From a virus, in IMG/VR virus record IMGVR_UViG_3300021478_000023, positions 1 to 64,000 of that record: a stretch of DNA of 64,000 bases; one strand, written 5' to 3'. Shown here one piece after another: positions 55,289-64,000 of this stretch. The position numbers and the translations under genes were made by a program. The notes under the pieces are model-generated. The model made no database searches and had not been told where the DNA came from. It saw only the letters and a list, made by a program, of their open reading frames with translations. Within the stretch, counting starts at the first letter, position 1, and each line of letters begins with the position of its first letter.

Positions 55289-56232
55289 TGCACCGCGCGA
55301 CACCAAACACAACATCGTTGCGCACTCACACGTCGGGCGGCGCGCGCGCAACCATAGCCAACATGGAGGGCGACACCGCTTTGATGCAAGCGGCTACCGC
55401 CAATTTTTCCGCGAACGAATCACGCTCCGCTATCGAGTCGGCGCAGAACTACGGTTTCACGTCGCACAATCATTCCGCCGACAAGGATGAAATGGGCAAG
55501 ATCATTGCCAGCGCAGAGTCGTTTATCAGTTTCATGGGCGGCGGGCGCTCATTCCCAACCTCCGGGCCGGTTGATGACCGGCGTCACCGTTTGCGCGGGC
55601 TCGATGAAGGCGACACGGCGATGCACCGGGGCAATTCTGACGACATGCAAACTCACTTTGCGTCGGATGGCATGTATCATTCCGCGCCTCAACAAGTGCG
55701 AATGCAATTGGTGCCGTCCGGCAGCGGCAAGGCCAATCCGCCGCAGCAAAAACCACAAGCAACCGCCCAAACCACTGAAGCCATCCGAGCTAAATTAAGC
55801 GCGTATGCCAGTCTCGGGCCACGCATCGAAGTACGCCTATGGGCCGGGTTAGAACCGGAAATACAACTCGACTTGGACCGAGATCTTGAACGACGGTTTG
55901 GCGTCGAAGCGTTCGCCGATGGCGGCGGCGGCTCGGGCGGCGGCTCGGGCGGCGGCGGGAAAAGCGATCCGGGTGCGTCCAAGAAAACCGGACAGAAAGC
56001 CGTCAAGGATAAGGGCCAGGACAGCCCGGACTTTTGCCACGTCAAGCAAGGCGAGGCGCGTATGTCGAGCGCCAAGAAAGTGCGACTCAGCACAAGCAAG
56101 GAAGATGATGACGTGCTGCACGAGTCGAGCACCGGCAAGGACTACGTTGGCGGCACACCCGACAAACACAAGTTTGCGAAAATCCTGACGCTCGCAGGAC
56201 CGTCCATCAACGGCTATGGCAAGATTGGTTGA
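55288..56232 (+). CDS. baseplate spike (Mu gp45-like)
   Basis: QNYGFTS...GGGRS...DDRRHRLRGLDEGD. Confidence 0.85.
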   Translation: MHRATPNTTSLRTHTSGGARATIANMEGDTALMQAATANFSANESRSAIESAQNYGFTSHNHSADKDEMGKIIASAESFISFMGGGRSFPTSGPVDDRRHRLRGLDEGDTAMHRGNSDDMQTHFASDGMYHSAPQQVRMQLVPSGSGKANPPQQKPQATAQTTEAIRAKLSAYASLGPRIEVRLWAGLEPEIQLDLDRDLERRFGVEAFADGGGGSGGGSGGGGKSDPGASKKTGQKAVKDKGQDSPDFCHVKQGEARMSSAKKVRLSTSKEDDDVLHESSTGKDYVGGTPDKHKFAKILTLAGPSINGYGKIG

Positions 56233-56237
56233 TCAAC

Positions 56238-56786
56238 ATGCCGCGCGCCGCCGTCCCCGATATCTATCTCAAACAGAACACGATCTTTCCGCGCTACTCG
56301 GTCACGCTCGACTGGTCGCTACTCGGCGACGGCACGCTCGATGACCGCTACGCGCTGGCAACGTCGGTCTGCATCGCGCTCGGCACCAACGCACTTGCTG
56401 ATATCAACGATCCGTTGCCGGACCCGGACTCCACCGATAGACAAGGTTGGTGGGGCGACTTGGATTGTCAGGAGATATGGCCCGGCTCCTGGCCAATCGG
56501 AAGCAAACTTTGGTTGCTGCGGAGATCCAAGATTGAGGGACCGAACGCACAACGCGGCGCGACGATTGCGCTGGTCGATAACTACATCAGGGCCGCGCTC
56601 CAACCGTTCGTTGACAACCGTATTTGCTCGACGTTCAAAGTTGATTCTGTGCGTGTCAGTCCGCAGCAAATCGATTCATTGATTACGATCTATCGCGGTC
56701 CAGAACCGAACATCCAACTGCGCTTTCATTCGCTGTGGGATGGCATCAAGCCAACCGGCGAGCCCTACACCCCGTTTGATAACTGA
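56238..56786 (+). CDS. Mu gp46-like baseplate protein
   Basis: LATSVCIALGT...RQGWWGD...GSKLWLLRRSK. Confidence 0.9.
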   Translation: MPRAAVPDIYLKQNTIFPRYSVTLDWSLLGDGTLDDRYALATSVCIALGTNALADINDPLPDPDSTDRQGWWGDLDCQEIWPGSWPIGSKLWLLRRSKIEGPNAQRGATIALVDNYIRAALQPFVDNRICSTFKVDSVRVSPQQIDSLITIYRGPEPNIQLRFHSLWDGIKPTGEPYTPFDN

Positions 56787-56797
56787 CAAGGACGCAC

Positions 56798-57877
56798 ATG
56801 CCTTGGTCAACTCCTGCGTTGAAAGACGTGCGGATAATGGTCCGCGACTCCGTGCGGGCCAACTTGCCGGGCTCGGACGCGAACGTGCCGAATTCCTTGC
56901 TGCGCGTCATGGCGGACGCGATGGCCGCGCTGTGTCACCTTTGCTTGCAATACATCGATTGGCTCTCCAAGCAAATTATGGCCGATCAGGCTGAAACAGA
57001 ATGGCTCGACCGTTGGGGACAAATTTGGCTAGTGAATAGCGACGGCTCGACCGGGCGCAAACAGGCTACGCTTGCCGTTGGCTCGGTCGCAGCGACCGGC
57101 AATATCGGCGCGATCATTCCGATCAACACCGAACTGCGATCCGCCGACGATCTCGGCTTTGAGACGACGGCGACGATCACGATGGGCTCGGGACCGACTG
57201 CGGTGCCGGTGCGCGCGCTAGATCCCGGCGCGGCTGGCAATCTTTCAATCGGCTACACGATTGGATTCGCCGAACCCATAGCCGGTATAGATCCCACGGC
57301 GCGGGTGTTGCAGCTTCTCGGCGGCGCCGACGTAGAAACCGATGAGGAATTGCGCGCCAGAATTTTGCGCCGAATTCAAGAGCCGCCGATGGGCGGCGAT
57401 CAAAGTGATTGGGAAGCGTGGTGCCTAGAGGTTCCCGGTGTAACGCGCGCCTGGGCCAGCGCGCTCGAAATGGGAATCGGAACCGTCACAACGCGCTTCA
57501 TGATGGACGATCTTCGCGCCGACAACGCTGGCATTCCGTTGGCCGAGGATGTGGCGATGGTTGAAGCGTACTTGGACACAAAGCGCCCGGTCGCGGTCAA
57601 GGACACCTATGTAGTCGCGCCGATTCCGTTTCCTATCAACATGAACATCAATTTTCTTGTTGTTGATAGCTCATCGACGCGAGCCGGAATTGAAGAGTCG
57701 TTACGCGGCATGCTGTTCAACAAGGCCGCTCCTGGCGAGACGATCTATCGATCATGGGTGTCGGCGGCGATTGCCGACGCTATTGGTGTCGATCATTTCG
57801 AGTTGGTGTTCGAAACCACACCGATGCCGACACCCGGTCACTTGGGCGTTTTAGGAAGCATCATCTATGCCGGATAG
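56798..57877 (+). CDS. baseplate J / Mu gp47-like
   Basis: GAAGN...GGADVETDEELRARIL...GGDQSDWEAW. Confidence 0.92.
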   Translation: MPWSTPALKDVRIMVRDSVRANLPGSDANVPNSLLRVMADAMAALCHLCLQYIDWLSKQIMADQAETEWLDRWGQIWLVNSDGSTGRKQATLAVGSVAATGNIGAIIPINTELRSADDLGFETTATITMGSGPTAVPVRALDPGAAGNLSIGYTIGFAEPIAGIDPTARVLQLLGGADVETDEELRARILRRIQEPPMGGDQSDWEAWCLEVPGVTRAWASALEMGIGTVTTRFMMDDLRADNAGIPLAEDVAMVEAYLDTKRPVAVKDTYVVAPIPFPINMNINFLVVDSSSTRAGIEESLRGMLFNKAAPGETIYRSWVSAAIADAIGVDHFELVFETTPMPTPGHLGVLGSIIYAG

Positions 57878-58583
57878 ACACATTCGGCGCAGCGGTGACG
57901 ATTACGCCGAAGCCCTGGCGGATCTATTGCCGCATGGGCAGGCATGGCCTCGCCGGGAAGAGTCGGTGCTGATGATGACCGTGCGCGGGCTCGCGCAAGT
58001 GTTTGGATTTTTCGATGCCCGCGCCGCCGACTTGTTGGAAACCGAGAGCGACCCGCGCAAGACGATTGAGTTGCTACCTGATTGGGAACGCAATTGGGGC
58101 TTGCCTGATCCGTGCTTCAAGCAAGCGCAAACCATCGATCAACGACACGCGTTGCTGATCTTCAAGATGACGTTGCTCGGCGGCCAGAGCCGAGAATTTT
58201 TCATCGCAATGGCGGAATGGCTCGGGTACGAAATCACGATCACCGAGTACGCGCCGTTCATGGCAGGCGTTTCGCAGGCTGGCGACACGCGCGGCATGAT
58301 CGAATGGAACGACACACCCGGCGATCATCCCGAGCGCACCGATTATCGTTGGTATATCGGCCCGCCAGAAATGCGGTTCTACTGGACGATTCACGTCATC
58401 GATGCGCCGCTGACGTGGTTCCGCTCATCGTCCGGGCAAGCTGGCGTCGATCCGCATTTGCGCATCGGCTACGCCTACGATCTTGAGTGTTTGATGCGGC
58501 GCTGGAAACCAGCGCACACCGACATCGTGTTTGATTACTCAGGACTGATCACAACCGGCGATCCGATGGCCGGGACACCGTAA
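57867..58583 (+). CDS. Mu gp48/YmfQ (DUF2313) baseplate protein
   Basis: LLPHGQAW...LLPDWERNWGLPD...KPAHT. Confidence 0.9.
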   Translation: MPDRHIRRSGDDYAEALADLLPHGQAWPRREESVLMMTVRGLAQVFGFFDARAADLLETESDPRKTIELLPDWERNWGLPDPCFKQAQTIDQRHALLIFKMTLLGGQSREFFIAMAEWLGYEITITEYAPFMAGVSQAGDTRGMIEWNDTPGDHPERTDYRWYIGPPEMRFYWTIHVIDAPLTWFRSSSGQAGVDPHLRIGYAYDLECLMRRWKPAHTDIVFDYSGLITTGDPMAGTP

Positions 58584-58597
58584 CAGGAGCAAACGCC

Positions 58598-60286
58598 GTG
58601 AAATACGTCCCTCCTTATGGCATCACCGCGAATCCAGACGCGAGCTACATCAACGGCGATCCGAGCATTGGGCGTCAAGGATCGATTCCGCCCGCAGCGG
58701 TGTTTGAAAATCCGCAGAGGGAAATCTGCAACCTAATTGCGAATGCGCAACAGGTTCCAGCCGATGCGGATCTACAACAACTAACGCGCGGAGTGCGCGA
58801 CGGCAGGCTAAACTTTTGCGTCGATAGCGGGCCGCTCAACGACATACAGGTGAATCTCCCCGGCCCGCCCATTCAAGCGTACACGGCAGGATTGACGCTG
58901 CGCGTTTTGATCGCGCACACAAACACTGGACCGACGCGCATTTCGGTTGGGAGTCTCAATCCTACTACGGTCAAGCGACCTGACGGCAGCGAATTGAATC
59001 CGAACGATGTTCTCGCTGGCATGGTCGCGACGATGGTGAGCGACGGCACCTATTTCCAATTGCAGAACGTCGGCACCGGCGAAACTGGCGGCCCGCCGAC
59101 GCTTCAACTTGTTGACATTCCATACGTCCATGACACGGGCGTTGCCAATCATTTAATCGGGCTTTTCAGTCCGCCGCTTGCGGACATCAGGGAAGGCCGA
59201 ACGGTTGAAATCAAGCTGGCCAACAACGTCACTGGCCCTACTGATTTTCAACCAAACAACTTTCCGATTCATCCGGTCGCGCATCCTGACGGTTCGCCGA
59301 TTTTGCCGGGCGACGGCATGATCAATCAAATCTGGTTGCTATGTTTCGATGGCGTGCAATGGCAATTGCTTAGTGTTTGTTGTGGCGATGCTGCACCGAC
59401 AACGCCAGCGCAACCAGCGCAGCCGCCCGGCTCGGGCCGCTCATTGCAATTCTTGAATCCGGCTTGGTGGACACCTGGGGCCAACTCGCGGCTCACTCGC
59501 ACGCCAGCGCTCAACACCAACCGGCAAGTGTTCACCCAAAGTTTTTTCTTTAAGCGTCCAAACCCGACTCAGATTCCTGACATAACTGGTGTTTGGTCAA
59601 GTGGTCAGGATTCGGAAATGGTGACGATGTACGCGGGTGATGACTCCGCGTATCGCGGCGACTGTACGGGTGCTTATCTAACCGCATCGTCCGCAGGAAA
59701 TTGGTTCCAACAGTTTTGGGCGAGCGGTTTTAATAGCATTGCTGGTTACGGCACAGCGCCAGTGGGCGTGTATGCGAGAGGCACCGTCAACGTCGTTGGC
59801 ATTTTGATGGATTCAAAATGGCACCATTTGTTGTGGGTTGCTGATGGTGCTTATCTAACGATTTGGATAGACGGCGTTATTGTCTCTCAAGGTCAGGTGA
59901 GCGGCAACAGCACGATCAACGCGACCAGACCGCACGCCATTGGATGCGGCCTATCGGATACCGGCGCGCCGTATTTCACGAATTACGGCTCGGTCGAGCG
60001 GATGGCTGAAGTAAATTTCTGTGACGGTCAGGCTCTAACGTGGGACAAATTTGCAACGAATGTCGGCGGCATTTTTGTCCCGAAAGTATCGCCGCTTTTG
60101 CCGGGTGGTCCTATCAATCCTGGGCCGAACGGCTTTTATTTGAACTGGCAGGACTCAAGTGCGATGACCAGCACGACGCTCGGAAAGGATTACACTCAGA
60201 ACGGAAACAATTGGCAGCCGGTGAATTTTTCGCAAGCGCAAGTCATGACCGACTATCCCGTGCTTGCTTCGTCATCCGGCAACTAA
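58598..60286 (+). CDS. tail fibre with duplicated internal domain and C-terminal LamG/ConA-like domain
   Basis: PQREI..LI..A...P...DLQQL anchor; two D.G..N...NTG/VTG...DG..(F/W)QL repeats; KWHHLLWV...IWIDG. Confidence 0.85.
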   Translation: MKYVPPYGITANPDASYINGDPSIGRQGSIPPAAVFENPQREICNLIANAQQVPADADLQQLTRGVRDGRLNFCVDSGPLNDIQVNLPGPPIQAYTAGLTLRVLIAHTNTGPTRISVGSLNPTTVKRPDGSELNPNDVLAGMVATMVSDGTYFQLQNVGTGETGGPPTLQLVDIPYVHDTGVANHLIGLFSPPLADIREGRTVEIKLANNVTGPTDFQPNNFPIHPVAHPDGSPILPGDGMINQIWLLCFDGVQWQLLSVCCGDAAPTTPAQPAQPPGSGRSLQFLNPAWWTPGANSRLTRTPALNTNRQVFTQSFFFKRPNPTQIPDITGVWSSGQDSEMVTMYAGDDSAYRGDCTGAYLTASSAGNWFQQFWASGFNSIAGYGTAPVGVYARGTVNVVGILMDSKWHHLLWVADGAYLTIWIDGVIVSQGQVSGNSTINATRPHAIGCGLSDTGAPYFTNYGSVERMAEVNFCDGQALTWDKFATNVGGIFVPKVSPLLPGGPINPGPNGFYLNWQDSSAMTSTTLGKDYTQNGNNWQPVNFSQAQVMTDYPVLASSSGN

Positions 60287-60299
60287 AGGGAGCGAGCCA

Positions 60300-60812
60300 A
60301 TGGCAACGATATTCGCGCAGCGTCCCGATTCAAATTTCTACATCAACATCCAACAACACGATGACGGCAACTGGTCTGCCGATCAAATGGCGTTGGACGA
60401 TGTAACGATCACCATTCCGATGCACGGTGACGTTTCGTCCAAGGGGCTCAGAACAATTACGCAAGACAACATCGACATTTATGCGTTCCAAAGCATTCAA
60501 ATAAACGCGCCGCCCGACATGCAACGCGATTCGCTTTACATCATATCGCAAGGTAGCGGTGCTCCGGGGTACGCCAGCGCAAAAGCGTGCATGGATTGGA
60601 TAGTCTCGATGAACGCGCAGCGCGATGCGCTGAAAGCAACCGTCACGTCGATGACGTTTGACCAGCTAGTTGTGTTTGTGGTGTCCGAACAAGGCTGGCC
60701 GCCGCTTCCATCCAACATGCCGCCAAAAGCGTTTGTGCAGGGAGCGTTGCAGTCGCGTCTAGTCGTTGGTGCTCCGCGAGTAACGCGGCCACAGATAGAC
60801 CAAAAATCGTGA
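60300..60812 (+). CDS. hypothetical fibre-associated protein
   Basis: GGGAG RBS; position. Confidence 0.6.
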   Translation: MATIFAQRPDSNFYINIQQHDDGNWSADQMALDDVTITIPMHGDVSSKGLRTITQDNIDIYAFQSIQINAPPDMQRDSLYIISQGSGAPGYASAKACMDWIVSMNAQRDALKATVTSMTFDQLVVFVVSEQGWPPLPSNMPPKAFVQGALQSRLVVGAPRVTRPQIDQKS

Positions 60813-60822
60813 GCGCAAACCA

Positions 60823-61317
60823 ATGTCGCAACCAACCAACATTCTTTTTCTCCCCCCGGTTGGGATGATCGCCAACACGGCAACGAATGCCGATTGGCTC
60901 GATGGACTTGAATATCAATCATCCGCCGACATTAACGCGACACCGATAGATCTCACCGGCATCAAATTCGAAATGGACATGCGGGCCGCGCCGCCGCTCG
61001 CAACCGTGGTGTTGCGGGCCACGACTGAAAACGGATTGATCCGCGTCTACGCGAACACATGGCAATTCATGATCCCGGCGAGCACGATGATTTTGGTCCC
61101 GCCCGGTGATTACGTGTTTGATATGCTCGCGCACGGTGACGGCTTCACGCGCAACATCGTCTACGCACAGGTCGCAGTCTTGTTGGGCATCACGCGCAGC
61201 GCTTCCCCGAATCCGCAACCCGTTGCAGGACCGCATCTAGTGCGCGTTCACGGAACAGCAAACCAGATCCAACGCGTGACCGGCGTCAACGTCCCGATGC
61301 TGACCAAGGCCGCTTAA
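60823..61317 (+). CDS. baseplate/fibre adaptor-like protein
   Basis: PIDLTG..FEM..R...GDYVFD. Confidence 0.65.
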   Translation: MSQPTNILFLPPVGMIANTATNADWLDGLEYQSSADINATPIDLTGIKFEMDMRAAPPLATVVLRATTENGLIRVYANTWQFMIPASTMILVPPGDYVFDMLAHGDGFTRNIVYAQVAVLLGITRSASPNPQPVAGPHLVRVHGTANQIQRVTGVNVPMLTKAA

Positions 61318-61330
61318 TGGAGCTACGCGA

Positions 61331-62725
61331 ATGACGATACAATCAGTCACCGTTGTTGGTGGTAGCGTCGGCAACATTGGACCGCCCGGCCCTCCGGGTC
61401 CGAGCTATGACGCAACGTCGATCACGCAGAACAACATCAGCGTTGGTCCGCACACATTCACCACGCAAACAAATCTCGCCTATCTTGCCGGTGCTCGATG
61501 CCGCATGGTGTCGTCAAGCAATCCGGTCGATTGTTGGATGGAAGGTCCGGTTACGAGCTACGTTGATGACCAACTAGTTGTTGACGTGCAACTGTTGAGC
61601 CCGACGCGTGACGGATTCGCCCATTCTGATTGGTTGATCAGTCTCGCGGGAGAGCCGGGGCAGCAAGGTCAGGCCGGACTCAGCGGCACGTCGGGCACGA
61701 ACGGCAACGTCATCTGGCAAGGCACCGCAGCGCCGAGCGGCACCAACCCCGCGTCGCCTACGGATGGCGATTGGTACATGCAATTCGACAAGGCCGTGCC
61801 GGGCGGTCCCGCGTATATGTGGGGACCGTATCTCCACACGGCGACGAATCCGTGGGGCACCGCTGGCGTGTTGCTCGCGACCGGCCCGGCTGGTCCGCAA
61901 GGCGCGCAAGGCGTGCCAGGACCGCAAGGACCGCAAGGCGCGCCCGGCGCACAGGGCAATCAGGGCGCCATCGGCCCGCCAGGGCCGCAAGGCAATCAGG
62001 GCGTCGCTGGACTGACAGGGCCGGGCTACACCGCGACATCGCTAACATCGGCACCGATTGGCCCTGGTAGCGTGACGCTGGCGACGCAAGCCGGGCTCGC
62101 CTATGCGGTTGGCGCTCGCGCCCGTATCGCAGCATTCACCGCGCCGACGAATTGGATGGAGGGGCAAGTCACCGCGTATGGCGGCGGCAGCATCACCGTC
62201 AACGCCACGTTGGTCAACGGCTCGGGCACGTTCGCAAATTGGACGATAAGCGTAGCAGGCGAACGCGGCCAGCAAGGACCGGCTGGCGCAGCGGGCGCTG
62301 GCACGGGCGACATGATCGCCGCCAACAATCTGTCGGATCTCACCGACATGAACGCGGCTCGCAACAATTTGCAGCTTGCCGCCGTCGCCCACAGTGGGGA
62401 CTACAACGATCTCAGCAACCGCCCCGGCCTACAGCGCAGCGTCACAGCGAGCCCTATCGTGATCGCTGGCACCGATGAAATCATCAACTGCAACATCACT
62501 GGCGCGGGCGCGTGCACGTTGCCGCCGTCTGCGGGCCGCAACGGCAAGCCGCTAGTGTTCAAGGACGTTGCCGGAAAATGGACCGCTGGCAATCTGACGG
62601 TCACGCCAGCCGGTGCGGAAAAAATCGATGGGCTCGCAAACGTAGTCGGGCGAACCAACTACGGGCGCATCGTGCTTCGACCGATGAATGACGGAGTAAA
62701 CAACGGATGGTCCCTCGAATCCTAA
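61331..62725 (+). CDS. collagen-containing fibre protein
   Basis: GXY repeats; two Y.ATS...WMEG.VT.Y domains; ANNLSDL..ARNNL. Confidence 0.85.
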   Translation: MTIQSVTVVGGSVGNIGPPGPPGPSYDATSITQNNISVGPHTFTTQTNLAYLAGARCRMVSSSNPVDCWMEGPVTSYVDDQLVVDVQLLSPTRDGFAHSDWLISLAGEPGQQGQAGLSGTSGTNGNVIWQGTAAPSGTNPASPTDGDWYMQFDKAVPGGPAYMWGPYLHTATNPWGTAGVLLATGPAGPQGAQGVPGPQGPQGAPGAQGNQGAIGPPGPQGNQGVAGLTGPGYTATSLTSAPIGPGSVTLATQAGLAYAVGARARIAAFTAPTNWMEGQVTAYGGGSITVNATLVNGSGTFANWTISVAGERGQQGPAGAAGAGTGDMIAANNLSDLTDMNAARNNLQLAAVAHSGDYNDLSNRPGLQRSVTASPIVIAGTDEIINCNITGAGACTLPPSAGRNGKPLVFKDVAGKWTAGNLTVTPAGAEKIDGLANVVGRTNYGRIVLRPMNDGVNNGWSLES

Positions 62726-63591
62726 TCCTGCGCGCTGCGCTCATTGTCGCCGCGCTCCTGGCGCTCTGCGGCGGCGAAGCCAAGGCGCAATGCACCGGGC
62801 AACCCGGAGCTAATCAAGTTTGCGCAGCACCGAGCGGCGCGGCTGGTTTGCCGCTATGGCGGTTGCTTGTGCTCGCGGATCTCCCGGCATTGCCTGGACC
62901 AACGATTACGGTTGACTTGACCACGATCACGGGCGGCACCGATGGCAGGATCGTCGTTCAAGCGGCAGGCAAGTTTTCCGAATTTGTTGTTGCTGGTGAC
63001 TGCACATTCTCCGCGCCGAATTTCACCTGTACGAAAACAGGCGGCGTATCGTTTGCTGCGAGCGCGACGACCGACGCTACCAACGCCAGCAATATCGCCA
63101 GCGGCACGCTCAACAATTTGCGGCTGGCGACTGGCTTTGTGAATGCTGGAACTGGCCTCACTGGCGCGGCGCTTTTAGGTGGCGGCACAATCGCAGCCGA
63201 CATCGCATCGGTTGCGCAATTCGCAGCGGCGACGCCAAACAAGATGCTCGCCGCCGACAAAGTGTTTGGACCGGAGGGGTCAGCAATTGCTGGCACGACC
63301 ACGACGTTTGATTTCTCGACGTTCGTCAGCAACAGCGCGGTCATTCTCACCGGCAACGTCACCACCATCGTATTCTCCAACGTCAAAGCCGGGCAGGCCG
63401 GACTCCTACGTTTCATTCAGGATGGCACCGGATCTCGGACGATTCCCCCCGCCATCAACTCGACGCTGAAATGTCCGGGCGGGTGCAGCTACACGCTTTC
63501 GACGGCGGCCAACGCGGTTGACGTGCTCGGCTATACATGCGTCTCGGCGACTTACTGCATCGGCGGATCGTTGCTCAAGGACGTGAAATGA
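62707..63591 (+). CDS. fibre-like Cys-rich protein with N-terminal signal peptide
   Basis: RAALIVAALLALCGGEAKA-Q; NASNIASGTL and QDGTGSRT...LSTAANAVD fibre-type motifs. Confidence 0.8.
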   Translation: MVPRILILRAALIVAALLALCGGEAKAQCTGQPGANQVCAAPSGAAGLPLWRLLVLADLPALPGPTITVDLTTITGGTDGRIVVQAAGKFSEFVVAGDCTFSAPNFTCTKTGGVSFAASATTDATNASNIASGTLNNLRLATGFVNAGTGLTGAALLGGGTIAADIASVAQFAAATPNKMLAADKVFGPEGSAIAGTTTTFDFSTFVSNSAVILTGNVTTIVFSNVKAGQAGLLRFIQDGTGSRTIPPAINSTLKCPGGCSYTLSTAANAVDVLGYTCVSATYCIGGSLLKDVK

Positions 63592-64000
63592 ATCGGTTTC
63601 TATTTGGTTTCGGACTGTTCACGCTTGGCTTGCTTTGCTTTGCGTATGGCGGCCTGACTGCGCGCGGGCAGATGCCGGGTACGTTCATCCCGGCTATGAC
63701 GACTGGCGGCGGGTTGGCCTGCACACCGAACACGCAAGGCGGCGGCAATGATAGCAACGTCATTGGCCTTTGGCACTTTGACAACAACGGAACGGACAAG
63801 AGTCAGGGCAATCATAATCTGACGCTCAACAGCGGCGCGACATTCTCAAACGTCCAATCAAAATTTGGCGGCTATTCCTACAAGGGTGCAACAGCAAGTT
63901 CGTCAGCTTCAATCGGCGGCATCGTTTATAATGGCATTACAGATTTCACCGTAGAGTATTGGCTGTATCACACGACGGCTCTTTCAGGCGCCAATTTCTT
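63588..64000 (+). CDS. LamG/ConA-like protein with signal peptide (truncated by the window end)
   Basis: hand translation MNRFLFGFGLFTLGLLCFAYGGLTARG-QMPG...LWHFD...SKFGG...DFTVEYW; ATGA overlap. Confidence 0.8.
   Translation, partial: MNRFLFGFGLFTLGLLCFAYGGLTARGQMPGTFIPAMTTGGGLACTPNTQGGGNDSNVIGLWHFDNNGTDKSQGNHNLTLNSGATFSNVQSKFGGYSYKGATASSSASIGGIVYNGITDFTVEYWLYHTTALSGANF

Noticed and set aside
1-64000. tRNA, DGR/retron, invertase or stop-codon recoding
   Set aside because: No cloverleaf, reverse transcriptase or recombinase motifs seen; core genes are intact in the standard code

Overview
A 64-kb stretch of a GC-rich dsDNA tailed phage. The host is probably an Alphaproteobacterium, inferred from the GapR-like, RHH_4, alpha-CTD and PEPxxW-CTERM genes. 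Layout: (i) a rightward block of small early genes with a ParB-HTH protein and an AlpA-like HTH (0.3-5.1 kb); (ii) a leftward operon (13.3->5.1 kb) with YqaJ exonuclease, a putative annealing protein, stand-alone TSCPD and RNAP alpha-CTD proteins, two small lipoproteins and two PEP-CTERM surface proteins; (iii) rightward Cro-like, GapR-like, MTase, VRR-NUC and AAA_25 helicase genes, an iteron-rich putative origin, a NusG paralog and HNH; (iv) a head module: TerL, fibre/Ig-like proteins, three enzyme-domain proteins with a shared N-terminal motif, a protease-capsid fusion, then portal and connectors; (v) a Mu-like contractile tail with TWO paralogous tape-measure genes carrying different cell-wall hydrolase domains, a baseplate and fibres, the last two of which carry apparent Sec signal peptides. 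No integrase, CI, TerS, lysis genes, tRNA or CRISPR were recognised. All family assignments are by-eye motif recognition; no searches were run.
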